A stretch of 36,496 nt of DNA from Licmophora abbreviata (taxonomy: Eukaryota): contig OLMU01004926.1 of the NCBI GenBank assembly GCA_900291995.1, forward strand, positions 1 through 36,496, given 5' to 3'. The notes beneath the pieces are model-generated. The model searched no databases. It was not told the origin of the DNA and was given only the letters and a program-made list of their open reading frames with translations. Every line of letters begins with the position of its first letter. Position 1 is the stretch's first letter. The position numbers and the translations under genes were made by a program. Below, piece by piece: positions 20,797 to 30,197 of this stretch.

Positions 20797-23691
20797 CTAG
20801 GCGTAGAGATCGGCACGGGAAGAAGAGTACACTCGACGATGAGACCGGTCGTTGTTGGATAGCTTCTCGTGAGCAGGATTGCTCTTTGAAAAGAGATTTT
20901 CCAAAGGGTCTTCGTACTCAAACAGGGCGTTGTCTTTTTCCAATTGGCGAATTTTGTCAACGTCGTGAGCTAGGATATCAGAATCACGGTGCATTAGAAT
21001 CACACTGCCGATACCAGTGAAGAGATCCACTGTATGCTCCACCTTGGTTCCTGGTCTCACTCCAGTCTCCAGATAGACGAACGACTGAAGCTGCTTGATG
21101 ATCTCGAACCCCGGGGTCGATTTAACCTTGCCTCTGGAGAAGGATACAAGAATGACTTCTTGACCCGCCGCCTTGAAGGGACTGGGCGGTTTGTCAGGTA
21201 GTGCAAAGAACGCTGCCTTGTCCAGGTAGCCATCGACAGTCGCCTCAACTTGGGAGAATCCGCCTGCGAGAGCGCGACACAATGGACGCCAGTTTCCGTC
21301 GCCGCCGTGGGCTCGACAGTTCATTTCCACCAGGCACGGGCCGTCGGGCGTCATCATAATCTCGGCGTGGGACGGGCCGTTCTTCATGCCCATTGCGTCA
21401 AGTACGCGGCGTGTGTAAGGAATGAGAATCTTGGCTTCGGGGGTGTTGGAGTCCACTGGTACGCAACCAAAGTAAACGAAAGCGGCGCCATTGACGGAGC
21501 GTTTGTCGTACACCCAGATCATACACGTCTTGTGAACGCCGTCGCGTGAGACATGGTCGACGACATATTCCTTGCCCCGCAGAAACTCTTGACAGAGCAC
21601 CGCGGGACATTCGCCCCCGTTGACCATTTGAGAATTCATCAAGACGTCGAAGTGAGCTTTAGCTTCGTCGAAGTTGTGACAGAGCTTGACGCCGTCGCTT
21701 CCTGCGCTCTCAGTGGGCTTCAGGACAACGGGGTATGATTCGGTGCGGAGGAAATGCTCGACACCAGAGAACTTGTCGCCTGCGCTCTGGCGGACAGAGC
21801 GCAGACCGACAGCCTTGATAAGGTCTTGTTGAACCTTCTTGTCGCGCCGATTCGGGATATCGGTCCCATTGGTCCGCACTGCGAGACGCTCCGAGAGTGC
21901 GTCCGCCATGTCAACCCCCGCTTCGCCACCGGCAATGCATGCCACGACGCGAAATTGTTCTGCCGCCTTGTACACGGCCTGGGCCGTGTCTGTCAGGGTT
22001 CCCGTTTGATCCACTTCGGCGTAATAATTCAAGTCCTCGCAGCTCAGCGGCACATGGGTCTTCATACTCTCCGAAAAGCTCTTCGTCCATAGCGCCATGA
22101 TCTTGTATCCGCGCTTGTAAATCTCTTGCGCAATCAAGCATCCCGTCGAGTAGGGATCTACCAGCACTACGGCTTCTTTTGATGCATCAACTGTGGTCAT
22201 GCGTCTCATCAGTGCCCCGCGCAATTCAGGACGATCGTTGGAAAAGTGTCTTACCAAATGAGGGCCATCGGCCGAAAAGGGGTGGCGATGCTCCAAGGCG
22301 ACGGCGCCTTCGCCTTCCAGGACGGTCGTAAGTGAAAACGAGTCGGCACGAGGGCGTTTGAGAAGCTCCAGCTTGGTCTCGTACTTGAATAGCCCATTGA
22401 TCGTTTCCATATAACGAATGAATTCCATGTCTCTCTTCAGCACAGATTCATCCTCATGCATCAGAATGACACTGCCGATTCCGGTAAACAGATCAACGGT
22501 ATAGTCGACCTCACAGCCTGTCTTGATTCCAGTTTCCAAGTACATAAAGGATGGGAGACAACGAATGACTTCAAATCCAGGTGTCGTCTTGACTCTGCCT
22601 TTACTGAAAGACACCAGAATCACTTCCTGTCCTGCCGCCTTGAAGGGGCTGCAAGGCTTTTCGGGGATCTTGTCAAACGCGTCTGGGTCCAGGAAGGCAT
22701 CTGCACACGCTTCCACCTGAGAGTATCCACCCGTCAGTGCGCGACAGAGAGGGCGCCAGTTTCCGTCTCCTCCGTGGGCACGACAGTTCATCTCAACCAA
22801 GCAGGGTCCGTCTGGAGTCATCATGACCTCACCGTGTGAAGGACCATTCTGCATGCCAAGTGCATCCAGAACGCCACGCACGTAGGGAATCAAGATTTCC
22901 GCTTCCGGCGAGTCACTGGGGACAGGGACACAGCCAAAGTAGACAAATGCAGCCCCATTAACAGCTCTCTTGTCATAGACCCACACCATACACGTCTTGT
23001 GGACTCCGTCGCGGGACACGTGGTCGACGACATATTCCTTCCCGCGCAGAAACTCCTGGCACAGAACCGCCGGACATCCGCCACCATTGACCATCTGAGA
23101 TTCCATGAGTACATGAAAGTGTTCTTTCGCTTCCTCGAAAGAGTGGCACAGTTTGACTCCATCGCTACCCGCTGATTCGGTAGGTTTCAAGACGATCGGA
23201 TAGGGTTCGGTTCTCAGAAACTCCTCGAGATCTTCATATTGGTCACTTCCCGCTTGTCGGACACTCCGCATCCCCCTTGCCTTGATGAGCTCCTGCTGAA
23301 CCTTTTTGTCGCGTCGATTGGGAATGTCTGTTCCGTTCGTGCGCACCCCGAGCGCTTCGCTGAGCGAATCAGCGAGATCGACCCCCGCTTCTCCTCCGGC
23401 AATGCATGCCACCACGGTGAGTTCTCCAGCGGCCTTCAAGACGGCGGCTCTGGTGTCTTCCAACGAAGCCATTTCCGTTACTTCTGCATAGTACTCCAAG
23501 CGCTCGCACGACAGCGGTACGTGCGTCTTCATGTCTTCGCTGAAGCCATCCGTCCAAAGACACATCAAGTGGTATCCACGGCGATGAATCTCCCGCGCGA
23601 CGAGGCATCCTGTCGAGTAGGGATCGACCACAACGACCACTTCGCTGGAGGGGTCGACCTGGGCCGCACTGCTTGTATCGAAGGGACTCAT
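20797..23691 (-). CDS. Tandem-duplicated ATP-grasp ligase, DdaF/NikS-like L-amino-acid-ligase family (964 aa, intronless)
   Basis: Two complete units each carry VDPYSTG, G.E.GV..AD, RRDK, LKP.ESAGSDGV, QEFLRGKEY, GPSH.E and EMNCRAHGG (ExNxR metal site). First ATG at 23691; the ORF-track start is TTG. Confidence 0.88.
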   Translation of the reverse strand: MSPFDTSSAAQVDPSSEVVVVVDPYSTGCLVAREIHRRGYHLMCLWTDGFSEDMKTHVPLSCERLEYYAEVTEMASLEDTRAAVLKAAGELTVVACIAGGEAGVDLADSLSEALGVRTNGTDIPNRRDKKVQQELIKARGMRSVRQAGSDQYEDLEEFLRTEPYPIVLKPTESAGSDGVKLCHSFEEAKEHFHVLMESQMVNGGGCPAVLCQEFLRGKEYVVDHVSRDGVHKTCMVWVYDKRAVNGAAFVYFGCVPVPSDSPEAEILIPYVRGVLDALGMQNGPSHGEVMMTPDGPCLVEMNCRAHGGDGNWRPLCRALTGGYSQVEACADAFLDPDAFDKIPEKPCSPFKAAGQEVILVSFSKGRVKTTPGFEVIRCLPSFMYLETGIKTGCEVDYTVDLFTGIGSVILMHEDESVLKRDMEFIRYMETINGLFKYETKLELLKRPRADSFSLTTVLEGEGAVALEHRHPFSADGPHLVRHFSNDRPELRGALMRRMTTVDASKEAVVLVDPYSTGCLIAQEIYKRGYKIMALWTKSFSESMKTHVPLSCEDLNYYAEVDQTGTLTDTAQAVYKAAEQFRVVACIAGGEAGVDMADALSERLAVRTNGTDIPNRRDKKVQQDLIKAVGLRSVRQSAGDKFSGVEHFLRTESYPVVLKPTESAGSDGVKLCHNFDEAKAHFDVLMNSQMVNGGECPAVLCQEFLRGKEYVVDHVSRDGVHKTCMIWVYDKRSVNGAAFVYFGCVPVDSNTPEAKILIPYTRRVLDAMGMKNGPSHAEIMMTPDGPCLVEMNCRAHGGDGNWRPLCRALAGGFSQVEATVDGYLDKAAFFALPDKPPSPFKAAGQEVILVSFSRGKVKSTPGFEIIKQLQSFVYLETGVRPGTKVEHTVDLFTGIGSVILMHRDSDILAHDVDKIRQLEKDNALFEYEDPLENLFSKSNPAHEKLSNNDRSHRRVYSSSRADLYA
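20910..23640 (-). repeat. Internal direct duplication of two ~1.26-kb ATP-grasp units (~23640-22380 and ~22173-20910)
   Basis: The units share long identical peptides (VLCQEFLRGKEYVVDHVSRDGVHKTCM; MMTPDGPCLVEMNCRAHGGDGNWRPLCRAL; TVDLFTGIGSVILMH) with many third-position differences. Confidence 0.95.
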
Positions 23692-24053
23692 CTTTGCGTG
23701 TTTGATCAAGGGTGGACTGACTTCCTCTCAACACCAAGTGAGGCAAAGCAGTTCCTCCTTGTTGTCGCCGTTGTGCGGTGGCGCTTCGCGATCTTTCTTA
23801 TTTTGTGAGAAAGTTCAATGGTTCAGGCCTGTCACTATTTTCGTACTGTGAGTTTTCGTAGAATCTTACGTGTATCACCCGGAGATCCGAAATTGCCACC
23901 AAAATTAGAAATGAAAGTTCAGAGTTGACGCACTTTCATGTCTTTCTTCTTGATGTGTCATCATCAGTCGGCGTATCGTCTGATCTGCTGTGGTACTCCC
24001 CACGGCCGATCTGTCTCCATGTCACTTTTTCATCTAGATAGGAAGTAGACACA

Positions 24054-25490
24054 ATGGAAGGAGAAGGAACGGCGCACAAGAAGTGCGGACTGACCGAGCT
24101 ATTGATCTTCATAGCCGCCATCGTGAGCGGCACCGCCTGTTCGATATGCAGTAAGACCATGATGGAACTGCAGAGTACTGGCATCACGGGTGAGAAGGAA
24201 ACCTTTAGCAATCCGCTTTTTCAAACCTTCGGTATGTTCGTTGGGATGCTCTTTGGACTTTTTCTGCATGGCGTCGTCATGTACTTTCAGATTCCGTTTC
24301 CCGGATATGACTTTGAGCTGTCATCGTCTCCAGATACGCGTGATGGAGTGCAAGCGAGGAATAGTGAGGCCCGTCTGGAACAGGGACAACAGCAAGCGCC
24401 AAATGAGATGGATTCCTTGCTGCGTCCAACCTTGGCAGAAAAGAAGAGCAGTCCAGAGATTCCCACATGGATGTACTACTTTCTCATTATCCCTAGTGTC
24501 TTCGATCTGTCGGCCACGGCACTTTGCATGATGGGCTTGAGATATCTAGATGTGTCGGTCTACCAGATGCTTCGGGGAAGTAGCATTATTTTCGTGGCAC
24601 TCATGAAGCAGCACGTTCTCCGAGATCGTCTGTATATGTTCCAGTGGGTCGGGGTCGCCTACAATGTGGTCAGCGTCGTCTTGGTCGGATCGACGGCACT
24701 CCTCAATTCGACGGAAGGGTCTCATGCCGGTGTTGGCACGGGTCAGGCGCTGCTCGGTGTAGTTTTGGTCATGACCGGTGCCTTCGTACAGGGTCTGCAA
24801 TATGTTTTTGAAGAGAAAGTCATGAATATGGATATTCCATCACCACCCTTGTTGTTGATAGGCATGGAGGGCTTCTGGGGCACCGTACTCTGCCTGGTGA
24901 TCATGTATCCGCTCGCGTACTATCTTCCAGGCGACGATCATGGAAGCCTTGAAGATCCGTTCAATACGTGGACCATGCTCTGCAACTCCAGAGTCATTCA
25001 AGTTTGGTTCGTCGTTTACTTCTTCACCATTCTAGCCTACAATTGCTTCGCAGTCTTGGTGACCTACATGCTCAACAGTGTCTGGCACGCCATCTTGGAC
25101 AACTTTCGTCCCATTACTGTATGGGGAACGGACATTTTCACCTGGTATGTCATTATGGGGGAGACGGGGGTGTTTGGGGAGCCGTGGACAACTTGGAGTT
25201 TCATGCAGTTGGTCGGAATGTGTGTGCTGTTGTATGGAACGGCAGTGTACAATGCTCCGAATCCAGGGTCGATACAACTGCTCGGGAAGTGGGAGCATCT
25301 TGGGTTCAACTTTTCGAACGAGTACGCAGAGATTGAAAGGAAAATTGAAGAAGCTAGAATCGATGCCGAATGGGAGGAGCGCAAGGCGAGCTTCAAAAAG
25401 CGACTAAGTTCATCATTCTATGGTGAACGATCGCCGTCCATTTCCGTGCACACACAGGCGTTGCGAGGATTGGGTAGTCCGAGAATCTAA
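24054..25490 (+). CDS. SLC35F6-like nucleotide-sugar-transporter/DMT superfamily membrane transporter (478 aa)
   Basis: Motifs F.NPLFQT.GMFVG, PSVFDL.AT, SVYQMLRGS.IIF, QYVFEEK and G.EG..G, with about 10 TMs. Confidence 0.88.
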   Translation: MEGEGTAHKKCGLTELLIFIAAIVSGTACSICSKTMMELQSTGITGEKETFSNPLFQTFGMFVGMLFGLFLHGVVMYFQIPFPGYDFELSSSPDTRDGVQARNSEARLEQGQQQAPNEMDSLLRPTLAEKKSSPEIPTWMYYFLIIPSVFDLSATALCMMGLRYLDVSVYQMLRGSSIIFVALMKQHVLRDRLYMFQWVGVAYNVVSVVLVGSTALLNSTEGSHAGVGTGQALLGVVLVMTGAFVQGLQYVFEEKVMNMDIPSPPLLLIGMEGFWGTVLCLVIMYPLAYYLPGDDHGSLEDPFNTWTMLCNSRVIQVWFVVYFFTILAYNCFAVLVTYMLNSVWHAILDNFRPITVWGTDIFTWYVIMGETGVFGEPWTTWSFMQLVGMCVLLYGTAVYNAPNPGSIQLLGKWEHLGFNFSNEYAEIERKIEEARIDAEWEERKASFKKRLSSSFYGERSPSISVHTQALRGLGSPRI

Positions 25491-25531
25491 CGAGAAGCTG
25501 TAAAATCAGAGAAAGGTATGTTGTTGTTGGT

Positions 25532-25552
25532 TGGTGGTGGTGGTGGTGGTGG
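25532..25552 (+). repeat. (TGG)7 microsatellite in the convergent 3' intergenic region
   Basis: Read directly. Confidence 0.85.
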
Positions 25553-25636
25553 TAAGAGATAGAAATGGAGAACAAAATGCTAGCAATAAGTAGCCGTAGC
25601 AGAGAAAAACGGACCTATCTAGCACAGACTTTGTGG

Positions 25637-27280
25637 TTAGTCGCCTATCCTCTCATCATTTCGGTCGTCTCTTCTGGGAGCATATCTCTGATCGTCGCCT
25701 CTCCGACTTGTGTCACTCGAATTGTCGCTTCTCCGACCGTCGTCCCTCGTATCGCCTCGTCGATCATCGCCAGGTCGACCTCGCCCTTCTTCCTCTTGCA
25801 TATCTGACTGCACTTGCGAGGCCGTCCTCGACACTTGATTGTACCCCCAAGAAACGACCGATACAATCTTGTCCTTGATGCGATGCTTACGGTCGAGAAT
25901 CATTAGTTTGTCAAATATCTTGCCGCTCACCACACCAAATCTACCCACGACGCGGAGCTCGGCATTGATATCAAAGACCTCTTCCACCAACGCCACAACG
26001 CGCATGCCCATGGTTCGCGCCAAATCTCCACGCGCACTCCGTATCGTCGTAATGAACGCAAAGAAACCGGCCCCACCCAACGCCCCCATCCACGTTGGAA
26101 TGACTGGCAAATTACCTCCACACATGCTCCCGACCACCGCCATGGCGACGAGCGTGTACATCATTTGGAACGGTTCCTGCTCGTCACTCTTCCATGGATT
26201 TTCTGAACGGGGAAAGGGACGACGAGGACCAGCCCCGACACAAGCTTGGATCTGGGGCCATGAAGGATATCGCCGTCGAATACCATGAGTGCGTCGGAGT
26301 GCGTAAATCAAGGCTAGACCCAGAGCTCTGCTCAGTTCGCCGTACGGGTTTCGAAAGAACGTACACGCGACAAACAAGAGGCAAGCAGCAATACCTACGG
26401 AGTGAGGACTACTTATGAGGGACTGTGTGCGCATAAAAAGGGGAGAGAGAGCGGCTGTGAGGGAACTGTGTCCTGCAGGTATCAAGCGTACTACTAACAC
26501 TGTACAACAAGCACACACCTTTCCGACGAAAGCACCGGTGGAATATCCGACAGCTCCCGAGCTAATTCGAAGTAAAAGTCGTCCCTTCGTAGTACTCATG
26601 TAGCGTGTTACAGCATCGCGTCGCGGTGACGCCGTCGAGGTAGCGCCCGATCTGTCTTGCTGCATTTGGTCGTCGCCTCTTGCTTGCCTATCGTCGTCTG
26701 TAGTCCACGTGACGGGAATCGTGTCGTCTGGTGGTTCCAAGAAAGCCTCTCCTCGCCGCCTTCCCGGATTCCGTCCTGGCTGTTGAAGTGCTTCGTCCAC
26801 TTTACTCTTGGACTGGAACTGGTAGTGAATCGGAGCGTACGCCTCTTTGGGAGGAGACGGACGGCTGCCACTGTATTGCTGCTGCGAAGAAGCAAGATCG
26901 GCGTCGTCAAATTGCGAGGGTGGAGCTGTAGGTGACATAATTTGATCTCGGTGCGGATTTGATCTGTACTTCTTGGTTCCATCATCGTACTCGGACGATG
27001 GCGCCGTTGGTCTAACATCCTGCGAGTGTCCCGTTTCTGAAGGAGCGCCAGTGTCTTGCCACCACTCGGGCTCTGATTCGCGACCCTTGTGGTTAACATC
27101 AGGTCGTCTCTCGTCTCTTCGTGGTGGTGGATTCCCTGGAGAGCCATAGTATTCATTCCACGACCCATTGTTACTCGCAGAAGCCCTACGCAAGCACGTC
27201 AATGATGTGAGCAAGCCACAATAGTAGACGATCAGGATAGGATGAATTTTCTGGAAGTTTTGTCTCAAAGATCGCGTCAT
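25637..27280 (-). CDS. Hypothetical signal-peptide membrane protein; exons 27280-26519, 26422-25637 (~515 aa)
   Basis: ATG at 27280. The leader ends ASA-S and is followed by a long disordered region, hydrophobic Gly-rich segments and a D/R-rich tail. A probable in-frame intron lies at 26518-26423 (GTGTGT...CACAG). Confidence 0.75.
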   Translation of the reverse strand: MTRSLRQNFQKIHPILIVYYCGLLTSLTCLRRASASNNGSWNEYYGSPGNPPPRRDERRPDVNHKGRESEPEWWQDTGAPSETGHSQDVRPTAPSSEYDDGTKKYRSNPHRDQIMSPTAPPSQFDDADLASSQQQYSGSRPSPPKEAYAPIHYQFQSKSKVDEALQQPGRNPGRRRGEAFLEPPDDTIPVTWTTDDDRQARGDDQMQQDRSGATSTASPRRDAVTRYMSTTKGRLLLRISSGAVGYSTGAFVGKVCACCTVLVVRLIPAGHSSLTAALSPLFMRTQSLISSPHSVGIAACLLFVACTFFRNPYGELSRALGLALIYALRRTHGIRRRYPSWPQIQACVGAGPRRPFPRSENPWKSDEQEPFQMMYTLVAMAVVGSMCGGNLPVIPTWMGALGGAGFFAFITTIRSARGDLARTMGMRVVALVEEVFDINAELRVVGRFGVVSGKIFDKLMILDRKHRIKDKIVSVVSWGYNQVSRTASQVQSDMQEEEGRGRPGDDRRGDTRDDGRRSDNSSDTSRRGDDQRYAPRRDDRNDERIGD

Positions 27281-27829
27281 TCTCAATTCTGTCTATCGAA
27301 ATAAAATCTGGAGGGAACAAAGACTAGTAGGGCGCGGGGCGTTGAGCGGAAATGCCGTGGAAAGTGCTCAAACTGAGCCACTCGACAAGCAGCAGTGCGC
27401 CATTGTCGTCGTGTCGCCGTCTCACATCAACAGATTTCGAACCGATGAAACGTGGAACTTCCATGGGGCGACGGACGGACTGAATACCCATGCGAGACCG
27501 CGCGCAAGACCTCGCGCGTCGATTCTGACGCACCTACGTCAGTACGTCGTACGTGTCAGTTGAGGTGAGCCGCGTGATGAGGCCGCAAATTGCAAAGATC
27601 GAGGATGCACTTTCTCACGGCGACGACGTGGTCTGGTCGAGGCTGCAGCAGCTTGAACCCCGATCGAAATTCCTGCGCTGCAACGAGTGGCTGGCCTAGT
27701 CTACCTCATTGCACTGCACCGAAATCCCGTTGAAAGTGTGCTGGAAGTCTGCGTTTGACGGATCAAATTCACAAAACAAAACTGAAGTATTCAGAGTTTC
27801 AAATTTGACTGAGAATTCCAAAATCATTC

Positions 27830-29947
27830 ATGACGAGTTCGCCAAGCAACGGTGGGATGCCGACGTCTCCGGTCTTACTGTCGCCTAACTCGCTTTCGAG
27901 ACAGAGCTCCGACGCGGCCGATGACATCCAGATAGTCGAAGTCTCTGGGCTGCTTGCGAAACCCTGGGAGGCGCCAGTAGAAGAAGAATTGCCGACGAAC
28001 GTATGCACCACCGAACAGCTCCAAGGGCTTCCACAAGAGTGTCTTTCTGGCGATCCGGTACATCCCTTGCGACACGAAGACGAAGAGCAGAACAGCTACA
28101 ACTATCACTTGAAACCCATGTTCTATTCCGTCGTGTTTATATTGCTGGTGGAACTCTTGGAGCGATTCAGTTTTTATGGCATCAATTATACACAAACACT
28201 TTATCTCACCGGAGCATACGATCGGCACTGGAGTGCTGGCATGAGCAGTATTACGGCCAGTTCCTATGTCAGCGTCAGTGTCGCGATTGCCTATACTGCG
28301 CCGTTCTTAGGAGCGTACTTGGCAGATAGAATATTGGGAGACTATTATGCTATACTGTTTGGAGCCCTTGCCTTGTACCTGCCTGGCCTCATCATGATTG
28401 CACTCACTACCATGCCGGGAGTACTCGGTGAAACATTCAATGCCAACGCACTGCGACTTGGGTTACTGTGTTTGTGGCCTGTTGGGACGGGGGTAGTCAA
28501 AAGTGTTGTCAACGTCTTTGGAGCCAAACAGTATCATCCGCTACTACAATCGTCATTGATCGAATCCTTTTACGTCAACTTCTACATGTGCATCAATGTC
28601 GGGGCACTGGCGGGTGGGATTCTGGTGCCCATTATCGCACAGTACAACATTACACTGGCGTATTGGATTCCAGTGTGCATGTTGGCGTCGGGGGTTGCGC
28701 TTTTTGTGGTCGGAACGCCGCGCTACGTTCGATCGAAGCCCAAAGGCGTTGGTGACCTTGGCGAGATGTGTGGCGGGGGGCGACGCAAGAAACACAAGAA
28801 ACGGCATCCTCTTGTAGTACCCCAACAACCCACCGCAAACTCATCCTTTGGCCTCTCCACCATATTTCGAATCGGCTTCTTGATTATTCCTTTCTCCATC
28901 GCCTACTCGCAGATGGCCACGACGTTCATTGTGCAAGGCAGCGTCATGAAGAAGGCGTTTGGCTTTATCGACGCTGCCAGTATGAACAATGCCGATGCTA
29001 TAAGTGTGCTGGTGAGTGGCTATGTCATTGGTGGCATGCTTTATCCTGCTTTGGCGCGGCGCAACATTAAGATTCCGACAACCTATAAGTTTGCCATTGG
29101 CAGTGCCTTGGGTGCTCTTGCGATTGGATGCGCGCTTATTACAGAATACAAGATTCACTCCGAGTATAAAGAGAGCGGTAAACCAGTGAGCATTCTGTGG
29201 CAAACTTGGGCGTATACTCTGATTGGTATTGGCGAAATCTTTGCTGTCTCTTCGGCCTACGAAGTGGCCTTTACAGCCGCACCGCCAAATCAGAAAGGAC
29301 TGGCCAGTGCTGTCAATTTGTTTTGCATTGGTGGTTTACCCAACTTTTTGTGCATCGGCTTGTATAATTTGGGCGCGCAGTGGTTTGAAAATAGCAAGGG
29401 CAATACCAACATTTCGAGATTGAAAGACTATGTAACGGCCCACGTGGCCATTTACTTTTGGGTCTTGTTCGTTATTGCGATGTTGGGTGTGGTTATCAAT
29501 CTTCTTCCTTCCGTACGAGACTGGGTGGCGTCAATTGAAGAGGAGGCGGCCACTGCATTGAAGACCCCCGCGCCGACGCCACGGACAGGCAAGAAAATGG
29601 TCCGAAAGAAGTTGGACGAGGATGATTTGGACGAAGCGACAGCACTGTTGCGTATGCAGAAGCATCGCAACTATTTGAAGTATGGAACCGGCCCTGATCT
29701 CTACAAGAACGGATCGTTCCGTGCGGGTGCCATTCTCAAGCTAGGACCACAGCAGCAATCGAAAAAGAAACCACCGCGCTACGTCAAGTACGGCCATGGC
29801 CTGACGCTGTACAGGCAGAAGGCTGACGGGGGGACGGAACCAGTCGTACGAAGCGAACTGGATGCCAAGACGGAGCGAGATGTGAGAGCCTTTGAAGAGG
29901 CGCTGTCAGACAAAGATGACCCCAACGTCAGTACCTCGACTTTATAG
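27830..29947 (+). CDS. Proton-dependent oligopeptide transporter (POT/PTR/NPF family, 705 aa)
   Basis: Has the ExxERF.FYG motif (ELLERFSFYG), GAYLADRILG.Y and the PTR2-like FYMCINVG, with about 12 TMs. Confidence 0.93.
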   Translation: MTSSPSNGGMPTSPVLLSPNSLSRQSSDAADDIQIVEVSGLLAKPWEAPVEEELPTNVCTTEQLQGLPQECLSGDPVHPLRHEDEEQNSYNYHLKPMFYSVVFILLVELLERFSFYGINYTQTLYLTGAYDRHWSAGMSSITASSYVSVSVAIAYTAPFLGAYLADRILGDYYAILFGALALYLPGLIMIALTTMPGVLGETFNANALRLGLLCLWPVGTGVVKSVVNVFGAKQYHPLLQSSLIESFYVNFYMCINVGALAGGILVPIIAQYNITLAYWIPVCMLASGVALFVVGTPRYVRSKPKGVGDLGEMCGGGRRKKHKKRHPLVVPQQPTANSSFGLSTIFRIGFLIIPFSIAYSQMATTFIVQGSVMKKAFGFIDAASMNNADAISVLVSGYVIGGMLYPALARRNIKIPTTYKFAIGSALGALAIGCALITEYKIHSEYKESGKPVSILWQTWAYTLIGIGEIFAVSSAYEVAFTAAPPNQKGLASAVNLFCIGGLPNFLCIGLYNLGAQWFENSKGNTNISRLKDYVTAHVAIYFWVLFVIAMLGVVINLLPSVRDWVASIEEEAATALKTPAPTPRTGKKMVRKKLDEDDLDEATALLRMQKHRNYLKYGTGPDLYKNGSFRAGAILKLGPQQQSKKKPPRYVKYGHGLTLYRQKADGGTEPVVRSELDAKTERDVRAFEEALSDKDDPNVSTSTL

Positions 29948-30197
29948 AGAAATAAAGTAGAAGACTAACAGTAGTTGGATGTGAAGCCTTTGCTACTACC
30001 GCCACTGGTTTGCTACGTATTGGGTCGAGCCCTGTGAGCCCCGCCTACAGATATCGACGTTTATAATACGGTATCATACTACCCTCCGACTCTAATGTGT
30101 CAATATCGAAGTGCGGTCGGATGCCACTAGCCGCCCGGCAGTATGAGAAATGCTCTATACGGTCGAGCTCGTCGACGTATTGTGCAACCCGCCAGCC

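Noticed and set aside
27690..27725. U1 snRNA-like CATTGCAC loop
   Set aside because: No upstream ATACTTACCTG, no flanking stem and no Sm site.
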